From a virus (taxonomy: Duplodnaviria; Caudoviricetes), in the IMG/VR virus record IMGVR_UViG_3300032007_000017: 64,000 nucleotides of DNA. The stretch is one strand, 5' to 3'. The notes below the pieces were generated by a model. The model was not told the origin of the DNA and searched no databases. It worked only from the letters and a program-made list of their open reading frames with translations. Of this stretch, positions 37,172-48,110 are shown one piece after another. How positions within the stretch are numbered: the stretch's first letter is position 1; the number at the start of each line of letters is the position of its first letter. The position numbers were made by a program, and so were the translations under genes.

Positions 37172-39334
37172 ATGAGTAGATATGCAGAAATGAGACTAGC
37201 TAAATCTATGCCTGAAATAGTTCCTGATACAAACTTTAAAGGAATTTATAAGGACAATTTAGCAGTCAAGAATTATCGAGAATCTGCTATTGAATGTCTT
37301 CAGCTATATTTTCCTGAATTGAATATAACTGAAATCTCGTATGGTGTCGATAGAGCTATTGCTGAGAATATCAAGTATCACAAAGCTACTATCGATAATT
37401 CATATAAGAAACAAACAGTAGAGACAACTATACCTGAATTAGCACACTATATTTTATCTAAGAAGCCTATCATGACTACCTATGGATGTTTATTTACTCA
37501 GCATGCTGAGGTACCACATCCATTCTACTACATGGTAGATAACTTCATCAACCAGCGCGATGTAGTGAAGAAAGAAATGTTTAAACATCCGAAAGGATCG
37601 TTTGACTTTCAGAAGTATTCACTACTTCAGCTACTGTATAAGCTTGACGCGAATGCATTCTATGGTGCAATCGGTATGCCGAGCTGCTTCTATTATAACT
37701 TCTATACTGCGGCTTCTGTTACAGCTCAAGGTAGAAGTCTTAATAGTGCAATGGCATTGTTCTTTGAGATGTTTCTCGATAACAATGTCCCGTTTGGAAG
37801 TCTAAATGAGGTAGTTACATTTATTCAGCATACGATTCACGATTCTTATAGTATCGATGATCATATGATTCTGAATCATGTACCTGGGCCTCAGGAAACT
37901 TTCTATAAGATTATCACTTCCTGTGGATTCAATTATGTCCCCTCTGAAGAGGATATGATGATCTTATGGAAAATGATTAATCAATTAGATCAGCCCGAAC
38001 TCAATAGGCTTTATTATCGTAATAATCTCTATGAGTTCTGTGATAATGTCTATGTATCCGATCTGATTGTAAGAATCCTTTGTAAGCTTGATAGTGAGTG
38101 GGGAGACTCGAATAAAGTTCCCGAAGAAGTTAAACCCGAAGTCTCTGAGCTTCTCGACTTACTGAGAGAGTATGTCTTTTATAATCATCAGATTATCGAT
38201 AGACTGGATAAGATGGAGAAGTTAATTCGTTCCGTCAGTATTATCCAAGATACCGATAGTGCTATAGTTTCGTATGATGCTTTCTATCGTTTCGTACTTC
38301 CCAAGACTAATGGGATTGATATGAAGATTAAGAGAACAGAGTACAACTATATCACTGAAAAGACTGAACCTGTAACTTATGATATCAAGGATTATGACTT
38401 TGGCAATGATGAAGTCATTGAACTTGAGAGAATGAGAAATCCGTTTGTGGTAATTCCTCAAGATCAACTTCGTCACTCCATTCTGTCAATTCTTGCACAT
38501 TGTATCTCTAAGTTGCTGAATGAGTATATGTATTCATATACTAAAAATTCTCAAGCATTTATTCCAGCAAATGAAAACTATCCTATTCCTAAGAATATGC
38601 AATGCTTGATCTTTGCGAAGACAGAGTTCTTAATGAAGCGAGTATTACTCACTGATGCTAAGAAGCATTATGGATCTAATATTGAGCTTCAAGAGGGAAA
38701 CTATGTTCCGAAGAGTGAAGCACTTGATACCAAAGGAATGGATGCATTCAATAAGTCCACTTCTAATGATGCTATTAAAGAGAGACTGAAGAAAGTTCTC
38801 TTTAATGAGATTCTTGATACTCCTGCAATTGAGCAGGTTAAAGTGATCAAAGCTCTTGCCATTATTGAAAAAGAAATATTCGATTCTATTCATAGTGGCA
38901 AGAAGGAATTCTATAAACCTGCAAAGGTAAAATCCAAAGCAGCTTATGGAGATCCTATGAGAATCCAAGGTATTAAAGCAAGTATTGCTTATAATGCTTT
39001 GCATCAAGATGGAACAGAAACACTAGACTTAGATCAACGAAATTCTATCGATATTGCAAAGTGCGATATCAATCTGAAGAATATCGGTAGGATTAAAGAA
39101 GATTTTCCTGATGTATATGAAAAGGCAGTTAAATTCTTGACTGACAATAAGTATTATGCAACAGGAATTGAGTCTATAGCAATTCCGATCAATGAGCCTG
39201 TTCCTCAGTGGTTATTACCATTTATCGCTTATGAGACAATCATCAGTGATAATGTAGGTAACTTCCCGCTTGAGTCTATTGGTATCATTCGCGGTAATCC
39301 AAACAACAATAAATCCAATATCGTACGATTCTAA
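37172..39334 (+). CDS. polB: Family B DNA polymerase, C-terminal subunit (fingers/palm/thumb)
   Basis: Motif B KLDANAFYG, motif C QDTDS, KKHY and KG motifs; lacks the exonuclease and motif A. Confidence 0.88.
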   Translation: MSRYAEMRLAKSMPEIVPDTNFKGIYKDNLAVKNYRESAIECLQLYFPELNITEISYGVDRAIAENIKYHKATIDNSYKKQTVETTIPELAHYILSKKPIMTTYGCLFTQHAEVPHPFYYMVDNFINQRDVVKKEMFKHPKGSFDFQKYSLLQLLYKLDANAFYGAIGMPSCFYYNFYTAASVTAQGRSLNSAMALFFEMFLDNNVPFGSLNEVVTFIQHTIHDSYSIDDHMILNHVPGPQETFYKIITSCGFNYVPSEEDMMILWKMINQLDQPELNRLYYRNNLYEFCDNVYVSDLIVRILCKLDSEWGDSNKVPEEVKPEVSELLDLLREYVFYNHQIIDRLDKMEKLIRSVSIIQDTDSAIVSYDAFYRFVLPKTNGIDMKIKRTEYNYITEKTEPVTYDIKDYDFGNDEVIELERMRNPFVVIPQDQLRHSILSILAHCISKLLNEYMYSYTKNSQAFIPANENYPIPKNMQCLIFAKTEFLMKRVLLTDAKKHYGSNIELQEGNYVPKSEALDTKGMDAFNKSTSNDAIKERLKKVLFNEILDTPAIEQVKVIKALAIIEKEIFDSIHSGKKEFYKPAKVKSKAAYGDPMRIQGIKASIAYNALHQDGTETLDLDQRNSIDIAKCDINLKNIGRIKEDFPDVYEKAVKFLTDNKYYATGIESIAIPINEPVPQWLLPFIAYETIISDNVGNFPLESIGIIRGNPNNNKSNIVRF

Positions 39335-39353
39335 ATAAGAAAGGAATAAAAAT

Positions 39354-39893
39354 ATGAATACTATTGTCATTTCTGCATTCCCTGGCACTGGAAAGTCTTG
39401 GGCTGCTAAGAACTGCAATAATTTCTCTATCATTGATTCCGACAGCAGTAGTTATAAGAAGGAGCCTGGATGGGAAGATAAGTATGCTGAGTTTATCGAA
39501 TCCAAACTCGATACTGTTGACTTTATCTTCGTTTCTCAGCATGATGGTGTCAGAGCTGCTCTCCAAAAGAGAGGTATTCAGTTCTGCACTGTTGCTCCTG
39601 AGATTGATCCAATGGCTAAAGAAATTTATATTGGCCGTTGGCTCTTGAGAGACAATAGCCATATTAAGGATCTGAATCAGTGGATGAAGTTAATGGTCAA
39701 TAACTACGACCGTTGGGTTTCCAATGAAAATCAAGAGAAGTATGGCGCTCTCTTCTGCCTCAGACTTCCTGTTGGAACTTATCTGAATGACTATTTAACA
39801 GATCTGCATAATGTAGCATATCTGAGAAATGTCAACTATAATTTCCAGAAGCTCACACGTCCAGAAGAGGAAGAAAAAGAAGCAAATGATTAA
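39354..39893 (+). CDS. P-loop nucleotide kinase-like protein
   Basis: N-terminal IVISAFPGTGKS and IIDSD. Confidence 0.7.
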   Translation: MNTIVISAFPGTGKSWAAKNCNNFSIIDSDSSSYKKEPGWEDKYAEFIESKLDTVDFIFVSQHDGVRAALQKRGIQFCTVAPEIDPMAKEIYIGRWLLRDNSHIKDLNQWMKLMVNNYDRWVSNENQEKYGALFCLRLPVGTYLNDYLTDLHNVAYLRNVNYNFQKLTRPEEEEKEAND

Positions 39894-39894
39894 G

Positions 39895-39918
39895 AAGAAG
39901 GGGAGAAATCCCCTTCTT
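39895..39918 (+). terminator. Intrinsic terminator
   Basis: GAAA-loop hairpin plus U tail. Confidence 0.85.
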
Positions 39919-39989
39919 TTTTATTTTTTACTAAATACTCCATCCTAAACAAATTAATTAAAATAATTAAGAAAAGGAGGATATTTCCA

Positions 39990-40796
39990 ATGACTAATAC
40001 AGAGCGATTTAATGTCGTATCTGAGAATGAGCTTACCGAAGTTATTTCTCATTTTAATACGGAATTCATTATGTCTATTATTGAACAAGCCATTCAGAAT
40101 AGATTTAGTCCTACTGCATATATGGCTAATCCAAATGTCGTTGATGCTTGGGATATGAATTTCAAACAGATTGTAGACTACTATGGATCAGTTGATGTAC
40201 AAGAGAGAATTGCTGCTCTTAGATTGTCTACATATGAAGAGATATGCAAAAGAATTTGTGATTATCATGGATTGATTTTTACAGTGGATGATGTAGATAT
40301 GTATACTGCAGCCCACTGTATTTATCATTTCTTTGTCTCAAATTATCTGCAGTATCTCGATCAATTCTTTGCAAATTATATCGTTCAGAATGCCGAGACT
40401 CTTTATGATGCTCTTGGTTTAGCAGAATCTACTAGATTCAGAGATGCTTCTAGTAGTTATGCAAGAACGGTCTTTAAAGATCCTAAACTTGGAGTTATTA
40501 GTGCTAATATCGATATGGTTGTAAACTATATTGCTGGAGCAGATATTCATCTTGAAGATATAATCCAGAACTGTGGTTTACAACCGCAAGAAGCACAATA
40601 TCTGCTAAGTATTGTTAGTGATGGTAATGGTACCTTTTATAGAGATCATTATCTTGCTACTATCATGAATGACTATGTCAAACCTATTCGTTTAAATAGT
40701 ATTCGATTCATCATCAGAAGTATTGCAGGATTTAATGATGAAATTCTTGCTCCTATGATGCTTCAGTCGACTGATGTAATCGATCCTCAATTCTAA
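39990..40796 (+). CDS. Hypothetical late protein
   Basis: 268 aa, AGGAGG SD, AACA-N7-TA upstream. Confidence 0.8.
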   Translation: MTNTERFNVVSENELTEVISHFNTEFIMSIIEQAIQNRFSPTAYMANPNVVDAWDMNFKQIVDYYGSVDVQERIAALRLSTYEEICKRICDYHGLIFTVDDVDMYTAAHCIYHFFVSNYLQYLDQFFANYIVQNAETLYDALGLAESTRFRDASSSYARTVFKDPKLGVISANIDMVVNYIAGADIHLEDIIQNCGLQPQEAQYLLSIVSDGNGTFYRDHYLATIMNDYVKPIRLNSIRFIIRSIAGFNDEILAPMMLQSTDVIDPQF

Positions 40797-40810
40797 AAAG
40801 GAGATTTATC

Positions 40811-42214
40811 ATGAGCAATTTCTATCAGAAACCGATCAACAATCCCAATGCAAATCGTGTACAGATTGTCGCTCCTAAGAAAGAAGAAGAGACTACTAAG
40901 GAGCCTACAGTTAAGGGTCATTGCTTGAACCTTGATGGTACTGACTTCGATATTCCGGCCAGTGTCATTCATAAAAAAACAGAAAATGAGCCCGAAGCAG
41001 TAGAGCCTGAGAATTCAGAAGAGGTTGATATCGATACCGGAGATGATACTCTCAATAAAGTAATCAAAGAGGCTGTTAAGAATGCCGAAGAGAATGAGGA
41101 TATTCATAAGATCCGTGAGCTTCAGGAAAAGGAATATGGCTCTCGTGATATAGATGAATTGACTCCTTCTGATGCTGAGAAGCTTGAGAATAATATCATC
41201 AAAAAGGTAGAGACTTTCCCTCTTGATGCTGCTGGAAAGCCTGATTTCCGTAAACCTGGTCGTGAGGCTGCTCCTGCATCTGATGTGGATATTCTTCATA
41301 TTGAAGATCTCGATTCATTGGATCGTAAGAACTTTGAAGAGAATTTCAAGAATACTGCTGCTGCTCATGAGATTTCCGATGAGGCTGCTGCTGGCTTGAT
41401 TGATCTGATTATTGCTTATCGTAAGGATAAGTCGATCAGTGTTTACAATCATATGCCGGATGAAATTAAGAAGCAGGTTAGAGAGCTCTGCGCGAAGAAT
41501 GGTGTTCCTGCTAATCAAGTAAATGTCATGGCTAAGATGATGCTTGAAGAGCTTATTACTGAAACTGCTACTGACCAGACTTTTATTGACTTTGATAAGT
41601 CTATTAAGGAAGCTATGAAAATTCCTAGCCTGGTTGATATGTATGAAGATCAGAATGCTGAGAATATTCTCGAGAAGCTTCCTAAGATGGCTGATGCTAT
41701 TCAGGAAGAAGATCCAGAAAAAGCTCAGATGCTCAGAGATATTGCTAAGTCTTATGAGAAGGCTGTTACCTTTAGCTTTGCTAAAGAACAGTATGATTCC
41801 GTAGCTCGTATTCGTAAGCATGTACGTCGTGACTATAACGATTGGAATCGTTTTGCAAAAGAACTCAATCTCGGTAATGAAAAGACCAGCTTCCGTATGC
41901 CTGATGCTACTACTCTTGAGCCTATTGTCTGCAAAGTTATTTGGGCTGAAGATACCGATATCACTACAGATGAAATTCATAAGTTCCTTACACTGATCTT
42001 CCGTCATTGTGCCAATCTCGATAAGAATAATGTGGTAGATGCAGCTTACATCTATTATCTTCTGAAGAATATCTCTATGCTTGCTTACATCAATGATGAT
42101 AGCAGAGATAATGCCGAGTCCTTCTCCGCGGAACTTATTAGTAATATCAAGACTTTGATTTACTATATAAGAGCCAAGGAGAGTGAGTTCAATGGTAATC
42201 AGTCCAAACACTGA
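40811..42214 (+). CDS. Acidic hypothetical protein
   Basis: 467 aa, AAGGAG SD. Confidence 0.8.
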   Translation: MSNFYQKPINNPNANRVQIVAPKKEEETTKEPTVKGHCLNLDGTDFDIPASVIHKKTENEPEAVEPENSEEVDIDTGDDTLNKVIKEAVKNAEENEDIHKIRELQEKEYGSRDIDELTPSDAEKLENNIIKKVETFPLDAAGKPDFRKPGREAAPASDVDILHIEDLDSLDRKNFEENFKNTAAAHEISDEAAAGLIDLIIAYRKDKSISVYNHMPDEIKKQVRELCAKNGVPANQVNVMAKMMLEELITETATDQTFIDFDKSIKEAMKIPSLVDMYEDQNAENILEKLPKMADAIQEEDPEKAQMLRDIAKSYEKAVTFSFAKEQYDSVARIRKHVRRDYNDWNRFAKELNLGNEKTSFRMPDATTLEPIVCKVIWAEDTDITTDEIHKFLTLIFRHCANLDKNNVVDAAYIYYLLKNISMLAYINDDSRDNAESFSAELISNIKTLIYYIRAKESEFNGNQSKH

Positions 42215-43283
42215 ATGCACTTGTATGAACGTTGTAAATGGACCCATTGCGGAATTAGGTTCTTATTTACAGCTTAGTTTTAATAGTGGTCTTAAAGACT
42301 ACACTGTTCCTGTATATGTCGGCAAACTGTATACAATCAAGTGGTATAACCCTGATATGCAACAGTATGTGACAACCTCTGGAACGATTACTGGTATCAG
42401 TCAAGAATACATTGCTCAGAATTGTGTCAGGCTCTTAGATCAATATGGTAATGTATGCTTGAATGCTAATTTAGATCGTCTCAGTGGATTGATTTCTAAT
42501 GAAACTTATACGATTATGACCTCTAATATTGCCGCTATTGCTGCAATTGAAGAGCATACTCCAGTCGATCCCATTACTCCAGTTGAAAGGAGTGAACAAT
42601 TCGTGGCCGTACTCGGTATATCTTCTATGATCGTAAGATCTGTTATTGTCAGACTGAAGATCTTCGAAGATGATGTACAACATACTGTAACACCTGTCGA
42701 TATGGCAGTTGGAAATTCTTATCATGTAACGTGGTATAATCCTAATACCAATTCTGTCTATGAATTAACTGGCAGATTGGTTTTAATCGAGGAACTTCCG
42801 TTATATGGTAAAGAACCTACAACAAATGGATATGTACGTCAGGATCAAGCACAGCAAGCTGGTGACAGCAATAATGTGTATGATCCTAATTATTTTCATA
42901 ATCTTCCTAAGCATAATCCTGATGGAGATAGAATTAGATTCTGCTTTGACTCTTCTTCTAACTTCGAATCAAAATGGGATTATGTGATGCTGAGGGATAT
43001 CAGAAGAGTAGAGTTGGTTGAACCTGGTCCGATACCTCCGGCTCCTGTGCCGCCGGTACCGCCTCCTATACCTCCTATTCCTCCTTGCCCTCCGCCTCCA
43101 TATCCCCCGGGACCTGGTCCGATACCTCCGTATCCTCCCCAGCCTCCCTATCCGCCTTATCCTCCGTATCCTCCCTGCCCTCCTGGACCGCCTCCTGGAC
43201 CTAAGCCTCCATTCGATCCGGTTCCTCATCCATTCCCTGAGGGAGAGCATACGATTCAGCCTGATGCTGGAGAAGAAGGTTAA
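42192..43283 (+). CDS. Putative virion protein: two beta-rich repeats plus a proline-rich tail
   Basis: Duplicated G..Y...WYN......G domain; PPYPP repeats. Confidence 0.75.
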   Translation: MVISPNTECTCMNVVNGPIAELGSYLQLSFNSGLKDYTVPVYVGKLYTIKWYNPDMQQYVTTSGTITGISQEYIAQNCVRLLDQYGNVCLNANLDRLSGLISNETYTIMTSNIAAIAAIEEHTPVDPITPVERSEQFVAVLGISSMIVRSVIVRLKIFEDDVQHTVTPVDMAVGNSYHVTWYNPNTNSVYELTGRLVLIEELPLYGKEPTTNGYVRQDQAQQAGDSNNVYDPNYFHNLPKHNPDGDRIRFCFDSSSNFESKWDYVMLRDIRRVELVEPGPIPPAPVPPVPPPIPPIPPCPPPPYPPGPGPIPPYPPQPPYPPYPPYPPCPPGPPPGPKPPFDPVPHPFPEGEHTIQPDAGEEG

Positions 43284-43294
43284 GTTCTATAATA

Positions 43295-43323
43295 AGCCCT
43301 ATGCCTTTTTTAGGCATAGGGCT
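43295..43323 (+). terminator. Intrinsic terminator
   Basis: 12-bp stem. Confidence 0.75.
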
Positions 43324-43373
43324 ATTTCAGTCGAACAATCTAATAATTCAGTAAGAAGGAGGCGTAACACAGT

Positions 43374-45710
43374 ATGCCTATTATTGGTTCTGAGGTACTT
43401 CAGAAGAACTATTATAGACTTAGCATATCTATGGGTGGAGGACTTACTGATAACGTCCTCGTTTCCAAAGATGGCTTATATTCTGTGTACTACATCCGCA
43501 ATGGCCAGTATATCAATGAAACTGGCCGTATACCGCAGGTAGTTGTGGATTATAGACACCCGCAAAATAGCTATCTTCTTTTGGATTACTCCCATGATCG
43601 TTCGAGCCAGAGAGAACGTATTTACTTCTATCAGGTTCAGATGATCAAGGATATCACCCCGAATAACGCCTACATTATTGCAGTCGAACATGGGTTTGAA
43701 GGTACGATTGAGGAATGGCTCGCTTCTCTCAAGGGCGATCCTGGTAAGTCTGCCTATGAAATTGCTGTCGATTGTGGATATGTCGGTACCGAAGAGGAGT
43801 GGTTAGCTTCTCTTAAGGGTGAAAAGGGAGATCCTGGTAAAAACGCTTATGAGATCGCAGTTGATCATGGCTATGAAGGTACGATTGAAGACTGGATGGC
43901 CGAGTTTGGTGATACTACAGTTATCAAACAGGATGTGGATATCCTTAAGCAGACTACTGCTGGTTTGACAACTAAAGTTACTGAACTTGACACTGCAATT
44001 GAAGAAGCAAAAGCTACAGCTACTGAAGCCAAGACTGCGGCTTCACAGGCTGTGGTAGATGCGACCGCTGCACGAGTCGCATCTGGAGAAGCAATTACCA
44101 AGGCTAATGAAGCTAAGGGAATTGCTACTACTGCTGACGAGAAAGCTACCGAAGCTGGTACAAAGGCTGATGAGGCTAAAGACATTGCTGATGGTGCTGC
44201 ATCGCTCGCAGGTGATGCTTCCGCAAAGGCTGACGAAGCAAAGTCCATGTCAGAAGAGGCAAATACTAAATCTGATACGGCTGTTATCAAGTCTGAAGAG
44301 GCCAATACAAAATCTGAGGAAGCTAATGTAAAAGCTGATGAAGCTAGCACTAAGGCTGATGAGGCTAAGAGCTCTGCAGAAGAAGCAAATACCAAATCTG
44401 ATACTGCTATTACCAAGTCTACTGAAGCCACTGAAAAGGCTGCTAGCGCTGATGCTAAAGCTGATGAAGCAGTTACTAAGTCTGAAGAGGCTAAGACTGC
44501 TTCTGAGGAAGCTGGAACTAAGGCTGATGCTGCTAAGACTACCGCTGAAGAGGCTAATGAGAAAGCCACAGAGGCTAGCACCAAAGCAGACGAGGCTGGT
44601 ACCAAGGCCGATGCGGCCAAGACTGCTGCCGATGAAGCCGGTACAAAGGCCGACGAGGCCAGTACTAAGGCAGATGAGGCAGGAACCAAGGCTGATGAAG
44701 CCAAGACTGCTTCAGAAGAAGCTAATACAAAAGCAGATGAAGCAAAGACTACTGCTACTGAAGCTGGAACTAAGGCTGATGCAGCCAAAACCGCTGCTGA
44801 TGAAGCCGGTACAAAGGCCGATGAAGCTAGCACCAAAGCAGATGAAGCTAAGACTGCTTCTGAAGAAGCTGGAACTAAAGCTGATGCTGCTAAAACTGCT
44901 GCCGAAGAGGCTAGCACGAAAGCCGATGAAGCTACTCAGAAAGCAGAAGATGCTGCTTCTGAGATTAGTAAGATCGAAAAGATCATCGATACTACTGAGA
45001 AAGATCCTATCGTGATCCAGCCTGATATCGTTCCTTCGATTACCAATGCTGGAGAATTTGAGGTAGGAACTCAGTTTACTCCTGAATTCTCTAACCTGTT
45101 TGCTCCTGGGAATTATGAGTATGGTCCTGATCCTACTGGTGTTGTTGCTACTAGCATTTTGGTTACTGATACAGAGGGTAATACTTCTGATCAGATGGAA
45201 GGCACTATGCCTGCATTCACTATCACTGAAGATTCTAATTATCGCATTAGCGTTGATTGTAATCATAGTGCTGGTGAAGCTCCTCTGACAAATCTTGGTA
45301 ATCCTCGTCCTGCTCTTGCTATCGAGGAGAGCCATGTCACTAATATCACTGAAGATAGACTGGTTACTGGCGCTAGATATACTTTTGCTGGTGCAGTCAA
45401 TGAAAAGATTGCGATTGAGAATATAGATTCCGATTATATTCGCAGTCTTACTGGTTTTAGTGATACTAATATCGATAATATTAGACTTTCTGTCCCTGTT
45501 AATGCTCTTAGATTCATCTTCGCTACGCCGAATGATTCTATCACGAGAATCTGGGATGAGAATGCTAATATGGATATCACAAAAGCATTTAAGAAGTATA
45601 CTATATCCGTTGCTGGTGCTAATGGTTACGAAGCAATTGACTATTCTGTATATGTCATTAACTTTGCTGAGCCTAACGACACAGCCAATGTATATAATAT
45701 CACGCTGTAA
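43374..45710 (+). CDS. Fibre protein with collagen-associated repeats and a long heptad coiled coil
   Basis: 3x AYxIAVxxG(F/Y)xGTxExW repeats with KGDPG; about 300 aa of TKADEAx heptads; late-type promoter 43334-43345. Confidence 0.85.
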   Translation: MPIIGSEVLQKNYYRLSISMGGGLTDNVLVSKDGLYSVYYIRNGQYINETGRIPQVVVDYRHPQNSYLLLDYSHDRSSQRERIYFYQVQMIKDITPNNAYIIAVEHGFEGTIEEWLASLKGDPGKSAYEIAVDCGYVGTEEEWLASLKGEKGDPGKNAYEIAVDHGYEGTIEDWMAEFGDTTVIKQDVDILKQTTAGLTTKVTELDTAIEEAKATATEAKTAASQAVVDATAARVASGEAITKANEAKGIATTADEKATEAGTKADEAKDIADGAASLAGDASAKADEAKSMSEEANTKSDTAVIKSEEANTKSEEANVKADEASTKADEAKSSAEEANTKSDTAITKSTEATEKAASADAKADEAVTKSEEAKTASEEAGTKADAAKTTAEEANEKATEASTKADEAGTKADAAKTAADEAGTKADEASTKADEAGTKADEAKTASEEANTKADEAKTTATEAGTKADAAKTAADEAGTKADEASTKADEAKTASEEAGTKADAAKTAAEEASTKADEATQKAEDAASEISKIEKIIDTTEKDPIVIQPDIVPSITNAGEFEVGTQFTPEFSNLFAPGNYEYGPDPTGVVATSILVTDTEGNTSDQMEGTMPAFTITEDSNYRISVDCNHSAGEAPLTNLGNPRPALAIEESHVTNITEDRLVTGARYTFAGAVNEKIAIENIDSDYIRSLTGFSDTNIDNIRLSVPVNALRFIFATPNDSITRIWDENANMDITKAFKKYTISVAGANGYEAIDYSVYVINFAEPNDTANVYNITL
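44090..44960 (+). repeat. Degenerate 21-nt coding tandem repeat (TKADEAx heptads)
   Basis: Recurrent AAGGCTGATGA / AAAGCAGATGA units. Confidence 0.85.
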
Positions 45711-45723
45711 GGAGGGTTAAACG

Positions 45724-46566
45724 ATGGGTTTAGAAGATCGTCGTATTCCTATTACAAACTTGCTGAATCTGTCGGTTTCTTTTAACCGTACTTCAGCATT
45801 TCCGATTGATGCGAGATCTTTCTTCTCCAGTCTTGCTGATGCTAAAGCTGCAGCAAGTACTGCTAAAGAAGTAGGGTCTGATGAATCAGTCTATTACTAT
45901 GGTATGCCGATTACTGTTTTCTCTGAGGGCGTTGCCTCGATGTATATCATTCAGGGCGATGGTTCTCTGAGACTCTGTGGTACATCGGTACTTCCTGATG
46001 GAAAGTCTCTTGAGTTCAAGACTGATGGGGAAACCCTTCAGATGAAGAACTTCGGTAAAGAGTATTATGCTTTCCATGATAAGGATACCATTATCGAAGG
46101 AGAAGACTGGGTTTATCCTACCGATATGCCTGTCATCTCCGATGAAATTGAAGATGGTACTTATTGCCATGCTCATAATGGATCTATTATGAGTTGGTGT
46201 GTACTTGAAAATCGTATATGGGTTCTTGCCCCTAGAGACGGTCATCCTACTCCTTGGTATGAACTTACTGAGGGTTGGAAGGCTGGCCTTGAGCCTAAGG
46301 TTACAAGTAATGAAGGCGGCGAATTTGTCATTGCATGGTATGAGCCGTCTAGTACCACTATAGAAGGACTCTCAAGCATAGTTGAGGGCCTCTCAGGAGA
46401 AGTAAGTGCTCTCAGTGAACGTGTAGCGTCCGTTGAGCAGAAGACTTTGACTCCTGATAACAGCACTATCTTTAAGACGAACACGAATGTGATTTACGTC
46501 AACGAGATTGAAACGTCTAAAGTTAAGGGTCTTAATGATACTTTAAGCTGGAAAGACTATATGTAA
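45724..46566 (+). CDS. Putative fibre-associated structural protein
   Basis: 280 aa, AAGGAGG SD, follows the fibre gene; FNRTSAFPIDAR N-terminus. Confidence 0.65.
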   Translation: MGLEDRRIPITNLLNLSVSFNRTSAFPIDARSFFSSLADAKAAASTAKEVGSDESVYYYGMPITVFSEGVASMYIIQGDGSLRLCGTSVLPDGKSLEFKTDGETLQMKNFGKEYYAFHDKDTIIEGEDWVYPTDMPVISDEIEDGTYCHAHNGSIMSWCVLENRIWVLAPRDGHPTPWYELTEGWKAGLEPKVTSNEGGEFVIAWYEPSSTTIEGLSSIVEGLSGEVSALSERVASVEQKTLTPDNSTIFKTNTNVIYVNEIETSKVKGLNDTLSWKDYM

Positions 46567-46573
46567 TCTATAG

Positions 46574-46608
46574 AGTCCTATACAGATAGTGATATTCTGT
46601 ATAGGACT
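46574..46608 (+). terminator. Intrinsic terminator
   Basis: 13-bp stem plus U tail. Confidence 0.75.
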
Positions 46609-46702
46609 TTTTAGAAAAAAAGGTCGGATTTGTATTTCAACAATATAATAATCCGATCAAGTAATTCGGAGTCCAAGAATAATTATAAGGAGGAATATAC
46701 CT

Positions 46703-48004
46703 ATGCTTTCTTGGCACATTGTAACTGCTGCTACTTATTATGCTGCAGGCACCTATGACGAGAACAAGCTGTACTTCCTGAGCGACACTGGCGAGATCTA
46801 CAAGGGCGCTCTGCCGTTTAGTGAGGCAATTGCTTTCGTCGATGATACCGCTTCGGGTGCTACTTTCGATACCGAGCTTGGTAAGATCACCAACCCGGCC
46901 CGTCGTAAGCTGTACGTCTCCAAGGCGACCCTGGCTGCTAAGACCTATGATGGTACTGCTTGGCAGTGGGTCATCCATCCTGTCGTCGCTACTCTCGACG
47001 ATACCAACACCACCGATCCCGTTTCCGGTAAGGCTGTTGCTGACTACGTCGCTGACGTTATCGGCGATTCCGAGACCTTCTTCCATGCTGTTGCCTATGA
47101 TTCCACCTCGAAGGTTCTGTCCTTCACTGGTGGTGAGGACGGCAAGAAGCAGGTCACTCTGAATGGTCTGGCTTGCCAGATCACCTATGATGATACTACG
47201 GGCAAGCTTGCCATCAAGGACAAGGCTGGCACTGAGCTCTCTTCCATCAACCTCGACCTCGAGCGTTTTGTGAAGAGTGGTACGTATAATGCCACGACCC
47301 GTAAGATCACGCTGTACTTCGATGATGCGAAGACCGACTACGTCGATATCGATGTTGCCGACCTGATCAGCATCATTAGCGCTACCGATACCGATAGCGT
47401 TGACCTGACTGCTACCAACACCCAGCAGGGCACTGTCCTGAAGGCTGATGTCAAGCTGGCCGCTGGTGCTGGTCATACTGATAACCTGATCAAGGTTATT
47501 GCTGGCGAGGGTCTGTATGTTGCTCCGACCGATCTGAGCGACTACATGCAGCTGGTCGATAATGCTACCAATGGTGACATTCTGACGGTTAACGCCAGTG
47601 GTCAGGCTGTTGATAGCGGCAAGAAGATCGGCGGCGGCACGATCAGCGTTGATCATGACGCTAACACCCTGGCTACCGAGGCTGCTGTTGAGGCCATTCG
47701 TGCTGCTCTGCAGACCAACATCGATGGCAAGATCGCTAAGGTTGCTGGCGCTACCGCTGGTAATCTCCCGACCCTGACCAACGATGGTCAGCTCTCCGAC
47801 AGTGGTAAGGCTATCGGTGGTGCCACTCTGGCTGATACGCCGACTGCCAATACCCTGGCTACTGAGGCTGCTGTCAAGAAGTATGCTGACGACCTCAAGA
47901 CCAACTCCATCGTTCAGGATGTCGCTGCGAATGCTTCTGAGACCACTAAGGTTGCTAGCGTTAAGGCTATCGCCGATGCTCTCAGCTGGCAGACCACGAT
48001 GTAA
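46703..48004 (+). CDS. Abundant structural (fibre/decoration-like) protein with an internal duplication
   Basis: 433 aa, AAGGAGG SD, own late-type promoter and UUCG terminator, strong codon bias; 2x GQxxDSGKxIGG..ANTLATEAAV. Confidence 0.75.
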   Translation: MLSWHIVTAATYYAAGTYDENKLYFLSDTGEIYKGALPFSEAIAFVDDTASGATFDTELGKITNPARRKLYVSKATLAAKTYDGTAWQWVIHPVVATLDDTNTTDPVSGKAVADYVADVIGDSETFFHAVAYDSTSKVLSFTGGEDGKKQVTLNGLACQITYDDTTGKLAIKDKAGTELSSINLDLERFVKSGTYNATTRKITLYFDDAKTDYVDIDVADLISIISATDTDSVDLTATNTQQGTVLKADVKLAAGAGHTDNLIKVIAGEGLYVAPTDLSDYMQLVDNATNGDILTVNASGQAVDSGKKIGGGTISVDHDANTLATEAAVEAIRAALQTNIDGKIAKVAGATAGNLPTLTNDGQLSDSGKAIGGATLADTPTANTLATEAAVKKYADDLKTNSIVQDVAANASETTKVASVKAIADALSWQTTM

Positions 48005-48031
48005 TTCACTTACATCAAAAGTCAAACTTAT

Positions 48032-48055
48032 CGAGAGGGACTTCGGTCCCTCTCG
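48032..48055 (+). terminator. Intrinsic terminator
   Basis: C(UUCG)G hairpin plus U tail. Confidence 0.85.
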
Positions 48056-48110
48056 GTTTTTATTGTATAAAAAACAATAAAATAATTTATAGTATAGGGA
48101 GGATATTTTG

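Noticed and set aside
43871-44917. 348-aa Ala/Ser-rich minus-strand ORF
   Set aside because: Mirror of the heptad repeat in the fibre gene.
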